Positions 38,830 to 48,605 of a stretch of 64,000 nucleotides of DNA are shown here, piece by piece. Origin of the DNA: Myxococcota bacterium (GTDB taxonomy: Bacteria > Myxococcota_A > UBA796 > UBA2385); the NCBI GenBank assembly GCA_044344255.1, contig JBIJDH010000003.1:416001-480000 (forward strand), in the 5' to 3' direction. Below the pieces are notes generated by a model. The model searched no databases. It saw only the letters and a list, made by a program, of their open reading frames with translations, and had not been told where the DNA came from. The position numbers and the translations under genes are program-made. Each line of letters opens with the position of its first letter. The stretch's first letter is position 1.

Positions 38830-39738
38830 TCACCCGCCGCCGCCCCGCAGCCCCGCCCATCGAACGAGGCCCACGCCCTCGGGGTCGGGCTGGCAGGTGG
38901 CGCAGAAGAAGGCGTCGTGGCCGAGCACACCGGCGACGCGCACGGGGGCGCCGCAGCGGGGGCAGGGCTCACCCTTGCGGTTTCGCACAGAGAGGAAGTC
39001 GCGCACCTTCTCGTCGAGGGCCGGGCGGCGCGCCTCGAGCTCTGTCCGGGCAGCCGTGAGCGTCGAGACGATGGCCGTGTGCAGGCGACCGATCGCCGCA
39101 GCGTCGAGGGTGTTCATCCGAGTCTTCGGGTGGAGGCCGGCGGCCCACATCACCTCGTCGGCGTAGGCGTTGCCCATCGAGTCGAGGGCGTCTTTGTCCA
39201 TCAGGAAGACCTTGAGCTGGTCGCGACGTTTCTTCACGAGGCCGGCGAGGAGCGCGGGGGTGAAGGAGGGGGCGAGCACGTCGTGGCCGCGGGCGAGGAG
39301 GCCCGGCGCCTGCTCGGCGTCGGCGGGACGGAGGAGGTAGACCTTGCCCATCTCGCGGTCGTCGCGGAAGCGGAGCGAGCGGCCGTCGTCGAGGTCCAGC
39401 GTGAAGGCCGTGTCCTTGGTGACCTTCGCGCCGGCCCGGGTGATGGTGAAGCGGCCGGCCAGCATGCAGTGGATCGCCAGCCAGAGCTCGGGCTCGGCCT
39501 CAGGCTCGGCCTCAGGCTCGGCCTCAGATTCGGCGAGGGGGCCGAGGGTGAGGACGACGAAGGCCGACCGGCGCTCGACGGCGCGGAGCGCTCGGCCGGG
39601 GAGGAGGCGCCGGGGATCGCCTGCGAGGAGGTTGCGGAGGACGACGGGATCGTCGAGGCGGGCCGCCGTCACCCGACGGCCGACCAGGGCCGCGCGGAGG
39701 AGGGGGACCTGGTAGTCGAGGTCGGGGCGCTCGGGCAT
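38830..39738 (-). CDS. Fpg/Nei-family DNA glycosylase
   Basis: N-terminal MPE, H..LAGRF, LRFRDDREMG, GNAYADE, Zn finger CPRC...CATCQ. Confidence 0.9.
   Translation of the reverse strand: MPERPDLDYQVPLLRAALVGRRVTAARLDDPVVLRNLLAGDPRRLLPGRALRAVERRSAFVVLTLGPLAESEAEPEAEPEAEPELWLAIHCMLAGRFTITRAGAKVTKDTAFTLDLDDGRSLRFRDDREMGKVYLLRPADAEQAPGLLARGHDVLAPSFTPALLAGLVKKRRDQLKVFLMDKDALDSMGNAYADEVMWAAGLHPKTRMNTLDAAAIGRLHTAIVSTLTAARTELEARRPALDEKVRDFLSVRNRKGEPCPRCGAPVRVAGVLGHDAFFCATCQPDPEGVGLVRWAGLRGGGG
39491..39534. repeat. In-frame 12-bp tandem repeat, 3 perfect copies plus a partial copy
   Basis: (GGCTCGGCCTCA)x3 encodes EAEP repeats inside the Fpg/Nei gene. Confidence 0.9.
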
Positions 39739-39758
39739 CGGCTCCTCTCCGGTCGGGC

Positions 39759-40790
39759 TTACCCCGCCGTGGCCGCCTCCGAGGAGGCGAAGGGCCCGAG
39801 GCGGCGGCGCTCCAGCTCCTGCCGCAGGCGGCGGCGGGCCACGGAGTCTGCGAAGAGGGTGACCACGACAGTGCCAAAGTAGCCCCAGGGCAGCTTCGGG
39901 CTCTCCTCGAAGTGGCGGAGCTCCGGGTAGGGGCGGGCGGGGTTGGCGTGGTGGTCCGCGTGCCGGGAGAGGCCGATGAGGGAGTAGTAGGTGAACCAGG
40001 AGTCGGCGTCCCAGGAGTCGACGGTGGTGACCCGCCGCCCGGCCCGCTGCAGGCCCCAGTGCTCGATGTAGTTCACCGCCTCGAGGAGGAGGATGCCGAT
40101 CGCCGCCTGCGCGAGCCAGAGGCCGAGGCCGACCGGGCCGGTGAGGAGGCCGACCGCGGCGGCGAGGGTGAGGGCGGCGAGGAGGCCGTGCAGCACCCGG
40201 CTCTGCCACCACCGGGCGCCCACGCGGCGCCGCTCGAGGGCCCAGGCGCTGCCGAATTGGCCGGGGACCGTGCGGAGCAGGAAGGGGTGGAAGGCCTCGT
40301 CGAAGCGTGCGGTGGCGGGGTCGTCCGCGGTGGCCACCCGGACGTGGTGGCCCCGCAGGTGCTCGGTGTAGAAGTGCTCATAGTGGACCGTCACCAGCAG
40401 CAGGCGGCCGAGCAGCCGATGCAGCGGCGCCGGGCGGTGGATGAGCTCGTGGGCGGCGACGATGGCGGTGTAACCGGAAGAAGCGCCCATCAGGACGGCG
40501 GCGATCACGAGGTCAAGCGGGCCGGCGCCGAGGCCGGGCATCCGGAGGATGATGCCGAGGTTGATAAGGTGTAACGCGCAGAGACCGTAGATTGTGATGT
40601 TGAAGGGCCAGGCCGGGAGGGCCGCGGGGGGGCTGGGATCGGGGCTGGCGACGGCGTCGAGGCCGACGCTGAGGGCGAGCAGCAGGATGAAGCCGAGCGC
40701 GACCGCCACGCTGTGCGGCGCGGTGAGGCCGAAGGTGAGGACGGTGAGGGGCATGAACCAGGCGAGCTGGTGCTTGATCAGCCTCGACAT
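39759..40790 (-). CDS. alkB: Alkane 1-monooxygenase-like membrane di-iron enzyme
   Basis: His boxes AHELIHR, EHLRGHH, NYIEHWG, LSRHADHH; several TM helices. Confidence 0.85.
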   Translation of the reverse strand: MSRLIKHQLAWFMPLTVLTFGLTAPHSVAVALGFILLLALSVGLDAVASPDPSPPAALPAWPFNITIYGLCALHLINLGIILRMPGLGAGPLDLVIAAVLMGASSGYTAIVAAHELIHRPAPLHRLLGRLLLVTVHYEHFYTEHLRGHHVRVATADDPATARFDEAFHPFLLRTVPGQFGSAWALERRRVGARWWQSRVLHGLLAALTLAAAVGLLTGPVGLGLWLAQAAIGILLLEAVNYIEHWGLQRAGRRVTTVDSWDADSWFTYYSLIGLSRHADHHANPARPYPELRHFEESPKLPWGYFGTVVVTLFADSVARRRLRQELERRRLGPFASSEAATAG

Positions 40791-40825
40791 CGAAGACCTC
40801 GCAGGTGAGTCGGCGGCAGCGGACG

Positions 40826-40863
40826 GATACCAAACCGTATCTGAATACGAAGTGGTATGTCAA
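40826..40863 (-). promoter_or_regulatory. Sigma70-like promoter of alkB overlapped by two tandem palindromes (putative TetR operators)
   Basis: Minus strand TTGACA (40863-40858), N18, TACGGT (40839-40834); GATAC-N6-GTATC at 40826-40841 and ATAC-N6-GTAT at 40845-40858. Confidence 0.7.
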
Positions 40864-40949
40864 GCGCAGCGAGCCCCTGCGCGGACTGGCGCGGCCCCGG
40901 CGCGGATCACGGGCCGGCTCCTGGATAGGGGGCCTGCCGTGAGGGTGGC

Positions 40950-41570
40950 TTGAACCGACGGACCCGCGAGCAGAGCAAGACCGAGACCCGGGAGGCCCTC
41001 CTGCAGGCGGCCCTGGGCCTGTTCATCGAGCGGGGCATCGAGGGGCCGAGCCTCGACCTCATCTGTCAGCGGGCCGGCTTCTCGCGGGGGGCCTTCTACG
41101 TCCACTTCAAGGACCGCGCCGAGCTCCGAATGGCGGTGATGGAGCGGGTGATCGCGGCCTGGACCACGGTGATCGTGGACACCGCCGACGAGGCGGGCGG
41201 CGATCTCGAGCGCACCATCGACCGCTTCGTGGAGACCTTCCTCTCCATGGTCGGCGACCCCGGGGCCGACCTCTTCTTGCGAGAGGGGACCGCCAACATT
41301 CACCTCATGCTCTCGGCCGCCCAACGAGATCCAGCGGTGGGCGAGCGGCTCTCGACCCTGCTCGAGCAGGAGTCCGACCGCCTCGCCGGAGTGGTGGCCC
41401 TCGGTCAGCGGGCGGGCTCGGTGCGGGCCGATCAGCCCCCCCGCGCCCTCGCCGACGCCCTGATCACGCTCGTGCTCGGCGTGCTCGCGATGTCGCCCGT
41501 GCGCTTCCCGCGTGACCTGCTCGGCCTTCGGGCGGTGGTGGTGGAGCTCTTGCGGACGCGGCCGGGCTAA
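40950..41570 (+). CDS. TetR/AcrR family regulator, divergent from alkB
   Basis: TREALLQAALGLF..G...SLDLICQRAGFSRGAFYVHF. Confidence 0.95.
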   Translation: MNRRTREQSKTETREALLQAALGLFIERGIEGPSLDLICQRAGFSRGAFYVHFKDRAELRMAVMERVIAAWTTVIVDTADEAGGDLERTIDRFVETFLSMVGDPGADLFLREGTANIHLMLSAAQRDPAVGERLSTLLEQESDRLAGVVALGQRAGSVRADQPPRALADALITLVLGVLAMSPVRFPRDLLGLRAVVVELLRTRPG

Positions 41571-41593
41571 GCTCCGCGGCGGAGAGGCCCCCC

Positions 41594-42769
41594 ATGACCG
41601 AGCCTGGAGCCGCCTTGGATCCTGAACTGAACGCCGCCGCCCTCCACCGGCTGCGCGCCGCGGTGCGGGGGGCGGCCCAGGGGCTCGTCGGCCGGGAGGC
41701 CCTGGTCGAGCTGGTGCTGCTGGGCGCCGTCGCCGGGGAGCACCTGCTCGTCGTGGGGCCGCCGGGCACGGGCAAGAGCGAGGCCCTCCGGCGGGTGGGG
41801 GCCGCCTTCGGGGGGCGGCGCTTCGAGTACTTGCTCGGCCGCTTCACCGAGCCCGCTGAGCTCTACGGGCCGGTCGACCTCCGGCGGCTGCGGGAGGGCG
41901 CGCTCGAGGTGGACACGACCGGCATGCTGCCCGAGGCCGACTTCGTCTTCCTCGACGAGCTCTTCCTTGGTTCTACCGCCATCTTGAACACGTTGCTCAC
42001 GGTGCTGAACGAGGGCCGCTTCCGGAAGGGGCGGACCGACCTCGCTGTGCCCCTCCGCCTCTGCGTCGCGGCCTGCAACGAGCTCCCCGACGACCCTGCC
42101 CTCGCGGCGCTGGCCGATCGGTTCCTGCTCCGCGCCTTCGTCCACCCGCTCCCCGACGCGCGCTTGGAGGAGCTCCTCGAGAGCGCCGACACCCCGGTGC
42201 CCGTCGGCGGGGCCTCGCTCGCCGATCTCGACCGGCTGCGAGCGGCGGCGCGGGGGGTCGATTTGCGGTCTTGCCGCCCGACGATGGCCCTCATCCTCCG
42301 GGCGCTGCGGTCGGGGGGACTGACCCTCTCCGATCGCCGCGTCGTGCGGGCCCAGCGCCTCGTCGCCGCCGCTGCCGCGCTCGCCGGGCGTCAGGTGGCC
42401 TGTGGGTCCGATCTCTGGCCCCTTGTTGCGGTCGTTCCGACCGAGGCGGAGCAGCTCCGGGCGCGCAGCCTCCTCCGCGGTCTCCTCGCAGAAGCGGAGC
42501 ACCCCGTGTTGAGCGCCGCCGTGCTGGAGGCCTCGGACGGGCCCCTCGCCTGGGCGGGGCGGCTGATCGCGGAGCTTGACCCGCTGCTGGCCGGTGAGCC
42601 CGGGGGAGCGCGGGTCTCCGATCCGGCCCGGCGGGCGCGCCTCTTCGGCTGGCTCCGTGACGTCGACGTCGCCTTCGCGGCCGGGAGCAGGCCCGCGCGC
42701 CTCAGCGAGGCCCGGGCCCGTGCGGTGGCCGCCCTCGGGGAGACGCCCGGCCCGGCCCCCCAACCATGA
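41594..42769 (+). CDS. MoxR/RavA-type AAA+ ATPase
   Basis: Walker A GPPGTGKS; FEYLLGRFTEPAEL; Walker B FLDELF; ACNELP; DRFLLR. Confidence 0.93.
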   Translation: MTEPGAALDPELNAAALHRLRAAVRGAAQGLVGREALVELVLLGAVAGEHLLVVGPPGTGKSEALRRVGAAFGGRRFEYLLGRFTEPAELYGPVDLRRLREGALEVDTTGMLPEADFVFLDELFLGSTAILNTLLTVLNEGRFRKGRTDLAVPLRLCVAACNELPDDPALAALADRFLLRAFVHPLPDARLEELLESADTPVPVGGASLADLDRLRAAARGVDLRSCRPTMALILRALRSGGLTLSDRRVVRAQRLVAAAAALAGRQVACGSDLWPLVAVVPTEAEQLRARSLLRGLLAEAEHPVLSAAVLEASDGPLAWAGRLIAELDPLLAGEPGGARVSDPARRARLFGWLRDVDVAFAAGSRPARLSEARARAVAALGETPGPAPQP

Positions 42770-43203
42770 ACTTGCGCGCTTCGGCGGGCTGGGTGCCCGC
42801 GCTCCCGCCCCGGGAGCCGGAGCTGGTGCTGGGGGAGGGTGCCGCTGCCCTCGCGCTCGGCTGGGCGGCGGTCGCCGCGCTCGAGCAGGGGGCGCGCTTC
42901 GCGGTGTGGTGCGAGCCCGCCGCTCTCTTGTTGAAGGCGCTGCCGCTCGCGAAGGACGCCCCCTCCAGCGCGCTCCCCTGGGTGGAGGGGGCGCGCTACT
43001 TCGGGAGGGCCGAGGAGGGGCTCCACCTCCCCACCCACTCCACACCACGGCTCCCGATCGCCCTCCTCGCGGCGCGCTGCGCCGCGCTTGGCCTCGCCTC
43101 GCCGGTCCTCGTCCTGCCCGAGGGGCGCCTCCTGAGCCTCGCCGCGCCACGGGCTTGCGAGGCGGCCGAGCTGCGGGCCCTCCTCACGGGGGGGCGCCTT
43201 TGA
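42766..43203 (+). CDS. bpX5-like small protein of a MoxR ternary system
   Basis: LPWVEGARYFG...LHLPT..TP.LP motif recalled from bpX5; ATGA overlap with MoxR. Confidence 0.6.
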   Translation: MNLRASAGWVPALPPREPELVLGEGAAALALGWAAVAALEQGARFAVWCEPAALLLKALPLAKDAPSSALPWVEGARYFGRAEEGLHLPTHSTPRLPIALLAARCAALGLASPVLVLPEGRLLSLAAPRACEAAELRALLTGGRL

Positions 43204-44918
43204 GCGTCGTCGCGCGGATCCTGGAGCGCCACCTGCGGGCGCTCACTCCCCTCCAAGCGACGGTGCTGCGGCCGATCTGCCTGGCGCTGCTGGGCCCGCT
43301 CTGTCGTCTGGGCCGCGCGGCGGGGGCTGAGCGTGGCGCCCCGCAGGCCCTCGCCGGCCTCGGACGGCGTGGCTCGGTGGAGCGCCTCAGCCACGGTGAG
43401 TGGGCGTTACACGATGAGATCCCAGAGGAGTTTCTCCGCCGCTGGGGAGCCGACGAGCTGCTCTACCTCCGCTTGCTCGAAGAGGCGCCGCGCGCGCCGG
43501 GCCCGGTGGAGGTGTGGATCGACCAGGGCCCGGCCACGCTCGGAGGGGCACGGGTGGGGCTCGCCGCCGCCCTGCTCACCCTCGCTGCCGAAGCAGAGGC
43601 GACCGGCGCGGCCTTCGCCTGGGGCTCCCTCCAGGGGGGCCGGCTGCGCGTCGGGCTCTCCTGCGGCTGGTTGACCGAGCTCCTCGAGGAGCGCAGCTTG
43701 CGCGCTGCGCCGCACGAGGCTGGGGGTTCGGTGAGGGGGCACCCGTCCGTCGAGCGGGTCTGGCTCGGGGCGCCGCTCGCCCCGGGAGTGGGGGTGGCAA
43801 GCGGGGCCCGCCGGGTGGGCGCCACCTGCCTGACCGTCGGGGATGGGCGGGGACCCGACGCGGCGCTGCGCCTCGAGATCTCGAATGGCCAGCGGGGGAA
43901 GATAACCGTTACGGTTCCACTCTCGAGCGATACGGCACCCTTCCTGAGGGGGCACGCCAAGGGGCCGTCGGCGGTCGGCCCCGCTCGCGACACACGGTGG
44001 AAGATGACGGTGTTGCCGTTATTCTTCTTCAGTCCATCCGGAGCACGCCTCCTCCTCGTGGCGAGGGAGGGCGCTACGGCACAGGAGGCGGTGGCGTTGC
44101 CGGTGGGCGAGGAGCCCGGTGACGCCCGGAGGGTGCATCGCCGGAGCGTGGAGGGGGAGGTGCGGGCGCTCGGCTGGCTCCGCCAGCGGCTCGTGGTGCT
44201 CGTCGAGGGTGAGGACGGCATGCAGCACCTCGACGACGGTGGCAAGCTCCGCCTCGGGCTCGATCACCGGGCGCCGCGTCGTTCTCCCGTTGAGGCGCTC
44301 CACCGGGCGCCCGGGGAGGGTGGTGTCTTCTGCTCGCCGCCGCCGGGCGAGCTCCGCGACCTCACGCGCCCAGTCATGCCCACCTACACGCTGGCGATCG
44401 GGGGCCGGCCGGCGGTCGAGGTCGACCCAGGGGAGGTCCTCACGGCGACCGCCGATGGCCGGCGGATCACCCTCCGAGCCCAGGGAGACCGCCTGAGCCT
44501 CGGCCTGCCCGGCCTCAGCCCATCGCTCCGACCCGCTGCCCTCTCCCCCTCGGGCGATCCGCGGCCCATCCTGTTCTGCTGGCATGGGAGCGGTGAAGAG
44601 GGGCTGCGAGGGCGCTACGCGGTCGGCCCGGGCCGAGGTGCCGTGTCGTCCGGCAACCTGCCCTGGCCCGCTGGACCAGGTGTCCCGCGGGGCCTCGTCC
44701 GGATGGAGGGGGAGCCGCCGCGCGTCCTGGTCGACGGTCCGGACGGGCTCGTCTTGTGGGGGGAGGGGAGGGCGCCCATGCAGCTCAGCCACCGCGCCGT
44801 GCAGTCCTGCGCGGTCTCACCGCGGGGCGACTGTGTGGCGTGGCTCGAGGCCGATGGGGAGCTCATCCTCTACCATGTCCCCGAGCAGCGCATCATCGGT
44901 CGAACGGAGCGCGCCTGA
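43200..44918 (+). CDS. Degenerate vWA-like plus beta-propeller protein of a MoxR ternary system
   Basis: GLGRRGSVERL..EWAL...PEEFLRR....ELLYL motif; WIDQGP..LG; C-terminal FSPSG/VSPRG propeller-like strands; TTGA overlap. Confidence 0.6.
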   Translation: MSVVARILERHLRALTPLQATVLRPICLALLGPLCRLGRAAGAERGAPQALAGLGRRGSVERLSHGEWALHDEIPEEFLRRWGADELLYLRLLEEAPRAPGPVEVWIDQGPATLGGARVGLAAALLTLAAEAEATGAAFAWGSLQGGRLRVGLSCGWLTELLEERSLRAAPHEAGGSVRGHPSVERVWLGAPLAPGVGVASGARRVGATCLTVGDGRGPDAALRLEISNGQRGKITVTVPLSSDTAPFLRGHAKGPSAVGPARDTRWKMTVLPLFFFSPSGARLLLVAREGATAQEAVALPVGEEPGDARRVHRRSVEGEVRALGWLRQRLVVLVEGEDGMQHLDDGGKLRLGLDHRAPRRSPVEALHRAPGEGGVFCSPPPGELRDLTRPVMPTYTLAIGGRPAVEVDPGEVLTATADGRRITLRAQGDRLSLGLPGLSPSLRPAALSPSGDPRPILFCWHGSGEEGLRGRYAVGPGRGAVSSGNLPWPAGPGVPRGLVRMEGEPPRVLVDGPDGLVLWGEGRAPMQLSHRAVQSCAVSPRGDCVAWLEADGELILYHVPEQRIIGRTERA

Positions 44919-47611
44919 GCCCGCCTCGGCCGCTTCGAGGCAGTCATCGCTGCGAGGGCCTCCTCGCCGAGCGGGGGGCGGCCGCGACGCTGGCCGAGGC
45001 GGTCCGGTCGGGAGACCTGCTCTACCGCTTGTCTGGCGATGATGGCGGTTGGATTTTGATCTTCGCTGAGCCGCGCCAGGCCCGCTCCGGGCGCGTCGGC
45101 CTCTGGCTGGTTCGGCGGTCCGGGGCGGGCTGGTCCTGCCTCGCGGAGGACCCCGAGGGTGGTGCAGCGGTCGCGGCGGGCGCGCTCGAGCGGGGCTGGG
45201 CGGGGCGGCGCTGGGTGGAGCCCTTGCCGGTCGAGCCGAGCCCGCTGTCGGCGCTGCTCGACTGGGAGGGCTGGAGCGTGGGCCGGCTCGAGGCCGTGGG
45301 GGAGATCGTCCCCGAGGCCCCGCTGCTCCCGGAGGGTGCGCTGCTCGGGCTGCGGGGGCGCCTCGGCCTGGCGGCGGGCGGCCCGGAGGTCGATGATGCG
45401 GCGGGGGAGAGTGACGCCCAGCGGGCTCGGCTCGGAGAGCTGCTCGCGGCCCTCGGCGGAGCGCTGCTCGGGGCCCTGCTGCGTTGGCGGTCGCCCACGT
45501 TCGCACGGCCAACGCTGGGACGGTCGGCAGAGAGGGTTCCGGCGCGGGTGGGGCCTCGCCTGCCGGCCTGGCTGTCGGCCGCCCTCTCCGCCCTGGCGGC
45601 GCTCTCGGGCTCGATCCTCGCGCTGCTGCTCAGCCCGATCGCCCTCTTCGGGACCGCCCTCGCGACCCTCTGGCCGGGGCGCTGGTGGCCGTCGGGGGGC
45701 TGGCCCGCCACCCTCCTCACCCTCCTCTCCCTGCTGCGCGGCCTCGGTGTCGGCCCGGTGGCCGCCCTGGCCCTGCTGATGCGGCGCGTCGAGGGCAGCG
45801 CCCTCCTGCTGGCCCTCCAGAGGGCGGTGCCGCTCGGCGGGCCGGCGGGCGCGCCGCCGAAGGGATGGGTCTTTGGCCGACGGCCCCGGGATTCGGCCCG
45901 CAGAGCGGCGGAGCTGGGCCTCCTCGCTCGGGTCTACCTCGACACCCACCGCCGGCTTGATCAGCAGGGTGAGGTGCACCGTGCGGCCTGGGTGCTGGCG
46001 CACCTCCTCGAGCGGCCCGAGGAGGCGGTGGACTATCTGGCGCGGCGCGCCGGACCGGGGGAGGCGGCCCCGCTCGCTGAGCTGCTCGGCCGCCCGGGGC
46101 CCGAGCTCGTCCGCCGCTGGTCGGAGGCGGGAGACCCCGAGCGCGCCCTCCGGTTGGGGCTGCTGCGCGGCACCCTGACCGAGCTCCCACCGGCCGTCGC
46201 CCTCGGGTGGGCCGCCCACCGCATGGAGCTGGGGGACGGCGTGGGGGCCCTCGCGGTCGCCTGGCCTCACCGCGCCCTCTCTCCCGGCCTCCTCCTCGGC
46301 TGGTCCGAGGCGCTGGCGGCGAGTGAGGGGCCGGCGTCGGCGCATGGTTACTGCTGCGCCTTGTTGCTCGATCCCGAGGGTCCGCTTGCGGCGGAGGCCG
46401 AGCGGTCCGCGCGGCTGAAGGGTGGCCCCGTGGCGCGGCGCTCGCTGGCCGAGGCCGCGGTGGTGCGGCAGCCCCTGCCGATGCCGCTGGTCGAGCCGCT
46501 GCTGCGCGCCCTCCTCGTCGACCTCGGCGGAGGGGACCTGCTGGCGCGGCCGGCCCTTCAAGGCCTCCTCGCCGCGGCGCCTCCCGCGGCCTTCGACCTC
46601 CTGCGCCAGGATTTGCCCCCGCTCCGTCCGGAGCCAGGCGCAGCCCTCTTCCACCCGGCCGCGCAGAGGAGGCCGCTGGTGCGAGGTGCCCCCATCGCGG
46701 GGGCGGACGCGTGGGTCGCGCCGCCGGTGATGGGGCCGCTCGGCGTGCTGGACGCGGCGTGGACAGCGGGGGATGGCCTCTTCGAGGCGCTCGGCCACAG
46801 CCTCCGCGTCCGGCGACCCGGCGCGGGGCCGCGGCTCATCGTCGTCCCAGCCGACAAGCTGCTCACGGGCAGTGGGTTCTCCCTGCTGCTCGGGCCCGCG
46901 GGCCGAGGCGGGGGTGTCGCCGTGTCCACCTTCGGCGCCGACGGCCGCTTACGGCCCCGGGGGGCGCTGCCGTGGGCCACGCTGGGGGAAGGGCCCGTGG
47001 GGCTGATCCTGGCCGAGGGGCTCTGGCTCGCCGCGGCCCCGGACGGGCTGATGCTGCTCGTGCCCGAGGGCGATCGGCTCCGCAGCCTGTGGCGGAGCGG
47101 TCCGCTGCACGTGGGCGGCGCGCCGGCCTCCGTCCGCGCGCTCGAGGCCCGAGGCGCGCTCGTCCGCGCGCTCTTGGTAGACGGGCGGGGTCGGCAGAGC
47201 CGATGGACCTGGGACCGCGCCGCCGGGCTCCGCGTCCTCGAACGGCTCCGACTCGAACCTGCGCTCCCGCACAGCTTGGCGGGGCTCGACGGTGATGTGG
47301 TTTGGGAGTCCGCCCCCTCCGGAGAGCGGGTCAGTCACAGCGGGTTGGTCGAGCGGCTGCCGGCGCGGCCCGGTCGCCTCCTGCTCCGTCGGGGAGACCG
47401 ACAACATCGCTGGGCGAGCGACGAGCAGGCGCTCCTGGTCTCCGACCGGAAGAAGACCCATCGCCTGCGCTTTCCGGGGGTGAGCGAGCCGCCGCGGCTC
47501 CGCGAGGCACCCGACGGCGCCGTGCTCCTGCTCGATGCCTTCGGGAGGAGCTTTCGCCTGCTGCCCGAGCGAGGCGCGGCCGAGCTGCTCTCCGGGGACG
47601 GCACCGTCTGA
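44915..47611 (+). CDS. bpX6-like large protein (helical repeats plus C-terminal beta-rich region); probable CTG start
   Basis: Y...[29 protein letters not shown]...AAPLAE...VRRW.EAG motif recalled from bpX6 proteins; CTGA overlap with GGAG upstream. Confidence 0.6.
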   Translation: MSPPRPLRGSHRCEGLLAERGAAATLAEAVRSGDLLYRLSGDDGGWILIFAEPRQARSGRVGLWLVRRSGAGWSCLAEDPEGGAAVAAGALERGWAGRRWVEPLPVEPSPLSALLDWEGWSVGRLEAVGEIVPEAPLLPEGALLGLRGRLGLAAGGPEVDDAAGESDAQRARLGELLAALGGALLGALLRWRSPTFARPTLGRSAERVPARVGPRLPAWLSAALSALAALSGSILALLLSPIALFGTALATLWPGRWWPSGGWPATLLTLLSLLRGLGVGPVAALALLMRRVEGSALLLALQRAVPLGGPAGAPPKGWVFGRRPRDSARRAAELGLLARVYLDTHRRLDQQGEVHRAAWVLAHLLERPEEAVDYLARRAGPGEAAPLAELLGRPGPELVRRWSEAGDPERALRLGLLRGTLTELPPAVALGWAAHRMELGDGVGALAVAWPHRALSPGLLLGWSEALAASEGPASAHGYCCALLLDPEGPLAAEAERSARLKGGPVARRSLAEAAVVRQPLPMPLVEPLLRALLVDLGGGDLLARPALQGLLAAAPPAAFDLLRQDLPPLRPEPGAALFHPAAQRRPLVRGAPIAGADAWVAPPVMGPLGVLDAAWTAGDGLFEALGHSLRVRRPGAGPRLIVVPADKLLTGSGFSLLLGPAGRGGGVAVSTFGADGRLRPRGALPWATLGEGPVGLILAEGLWLAAAPDGLMLLVPEGDRLRSLWRSGPLHVGGAPASVRALEARGALVRALLVDGRGRQSRWTWDRAAGLRVLERLRLEPALPHSLAGLDGDVVWESAPSGERVSHSGLVERLPARPGRLLLRRGDRQHRWASDEQALLVSDRKKTHRLRFPGVSEPPRLREAPDGAVLLLDAFGRSFRLLPERGAAELLSGDGTV

Positions 47612-47663
47612 CCCTCCGCCCAGCCCCGGTCGCCGTGGGCTACGCTCGCCCACGGGAGCGCCG

Positions 47664-47918
47664 ATGACCCTGGAACAGCCCAAGAACCCGCTGCACGGAC
47701 TGACCCTCGCCACCATCGTGGAGACCCTGGTGGCCCACTACGGATGGGAGGAGCTCGGCCGGCAGGTGCGGATCCAGTGCTTCACGAACGAGCCGAGCGT
47801 CACTTCCAGCTTGAAGTTCTTACGAAAGACCCCATGGGCGCGGGAGAAGGTGGAGAGCTTCTACCTCTGGCACACCCGTGAGCAGCGGCGGCTGGCGCGC
47901 GCGCAGCCGGCGGAGTGA
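47664..47918 (+). CDS. VF530/DUF2132 family DNA-binding protein
   Basis: [22 protein letters not shown]...[23 protein letters not shown]. Confidence 0.92.
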   Translation: MTLEQPKNPLHGLTLATIVETLVAHYGWEELGRQVRIQCFTNEPSVTSSLKFLRKTPWAREKVESFYLWHTREQRRLARAQPAE

Positions 47919-47921
47919 CCC

Positions 47922-48578
47922 GTGCTGGGTGATCCGCTCGCCGCCTCCCCGAGGGACGTGGAGGAGACCCTCCCCCCTCGCCTGATCCGCATGGCCGTGG
48001 CCTTCACGGTCACGATGAGCGCCTGTAACGCCATCGGCACGGCGCTCTCTCCCTGGCTGCTCGTCGAGCACCCCCTCGTGCTGGTGGCGCTGGCCCCCGA
48101 GATCCGCCACATGGTGCTCGCGGTGGGGACGGTCGACTTCTGGGTGCTCCTCGTCGTCGGCGCGGCGCGGCGCGTGCTGAGCATGTTGTCCTCCTACGGC
48201 ATCGCCGCCGTCTATGGCGTCGTGGCGATCCGCTGGCTCGAGGGGCGGTGGCCGCGGGTGGGCCGCGTCGCGCGCTGGCTGGATCGGGCGATGCGGCGGC
48301 GCGGTCCGCTGCTCCTGCTGATCGTGCCCTCCTACACGATGTCGGTGATGGCCGGCTTCTCCCGCTACCCGCTCCGCAACTTCCTCGCGGTCACCGCGGT
48401 GGGCCAGCTCTGGATGGTGGCGGTCTACCTGCTCGTCGGCGAGTCGATCCTCGGCTGGACCGCGCCCCTCCTCGGCTGGCTCCGGGGCCACGTCTGGGAG
48501 TGCACCGCCGCCACCGTCACGGTGGTGGGCATCCAGCAGGGCGTGAGCCAGTGGCGCAAGCGCCGCCGGGCAGGCTGA
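47922..48578 (+). CDS. DedA/VTT-like membrane protein
   Basis: Multiple TM helices; AG.SRYPLRNFLAVTAVG segment. Confidence 0.6.
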   Translation: MLGDPLAASPRDVEETLPPRLIRMAVAFTVTMSACNAIGTALSPWLLVEHPLVLVALAPEIRHMVLAVGTVDFWVLLVVGAARRVLSMLSSYGIAAVYGVVAIRWLEGRWPRVGRVARWLDRAMRRRGPLLLLIVPSYTMSVMAGFSRYPLRNFLAVTAVGQLWMVAVYLLVGESILGWTAPLLGWLRGHVWECTAATVTVVGIQQGVSQWRKRRRAG

Positions 48579-48605
48579 CCGCGGTCCGTCACTCCCCGGT
48601 GAGCC

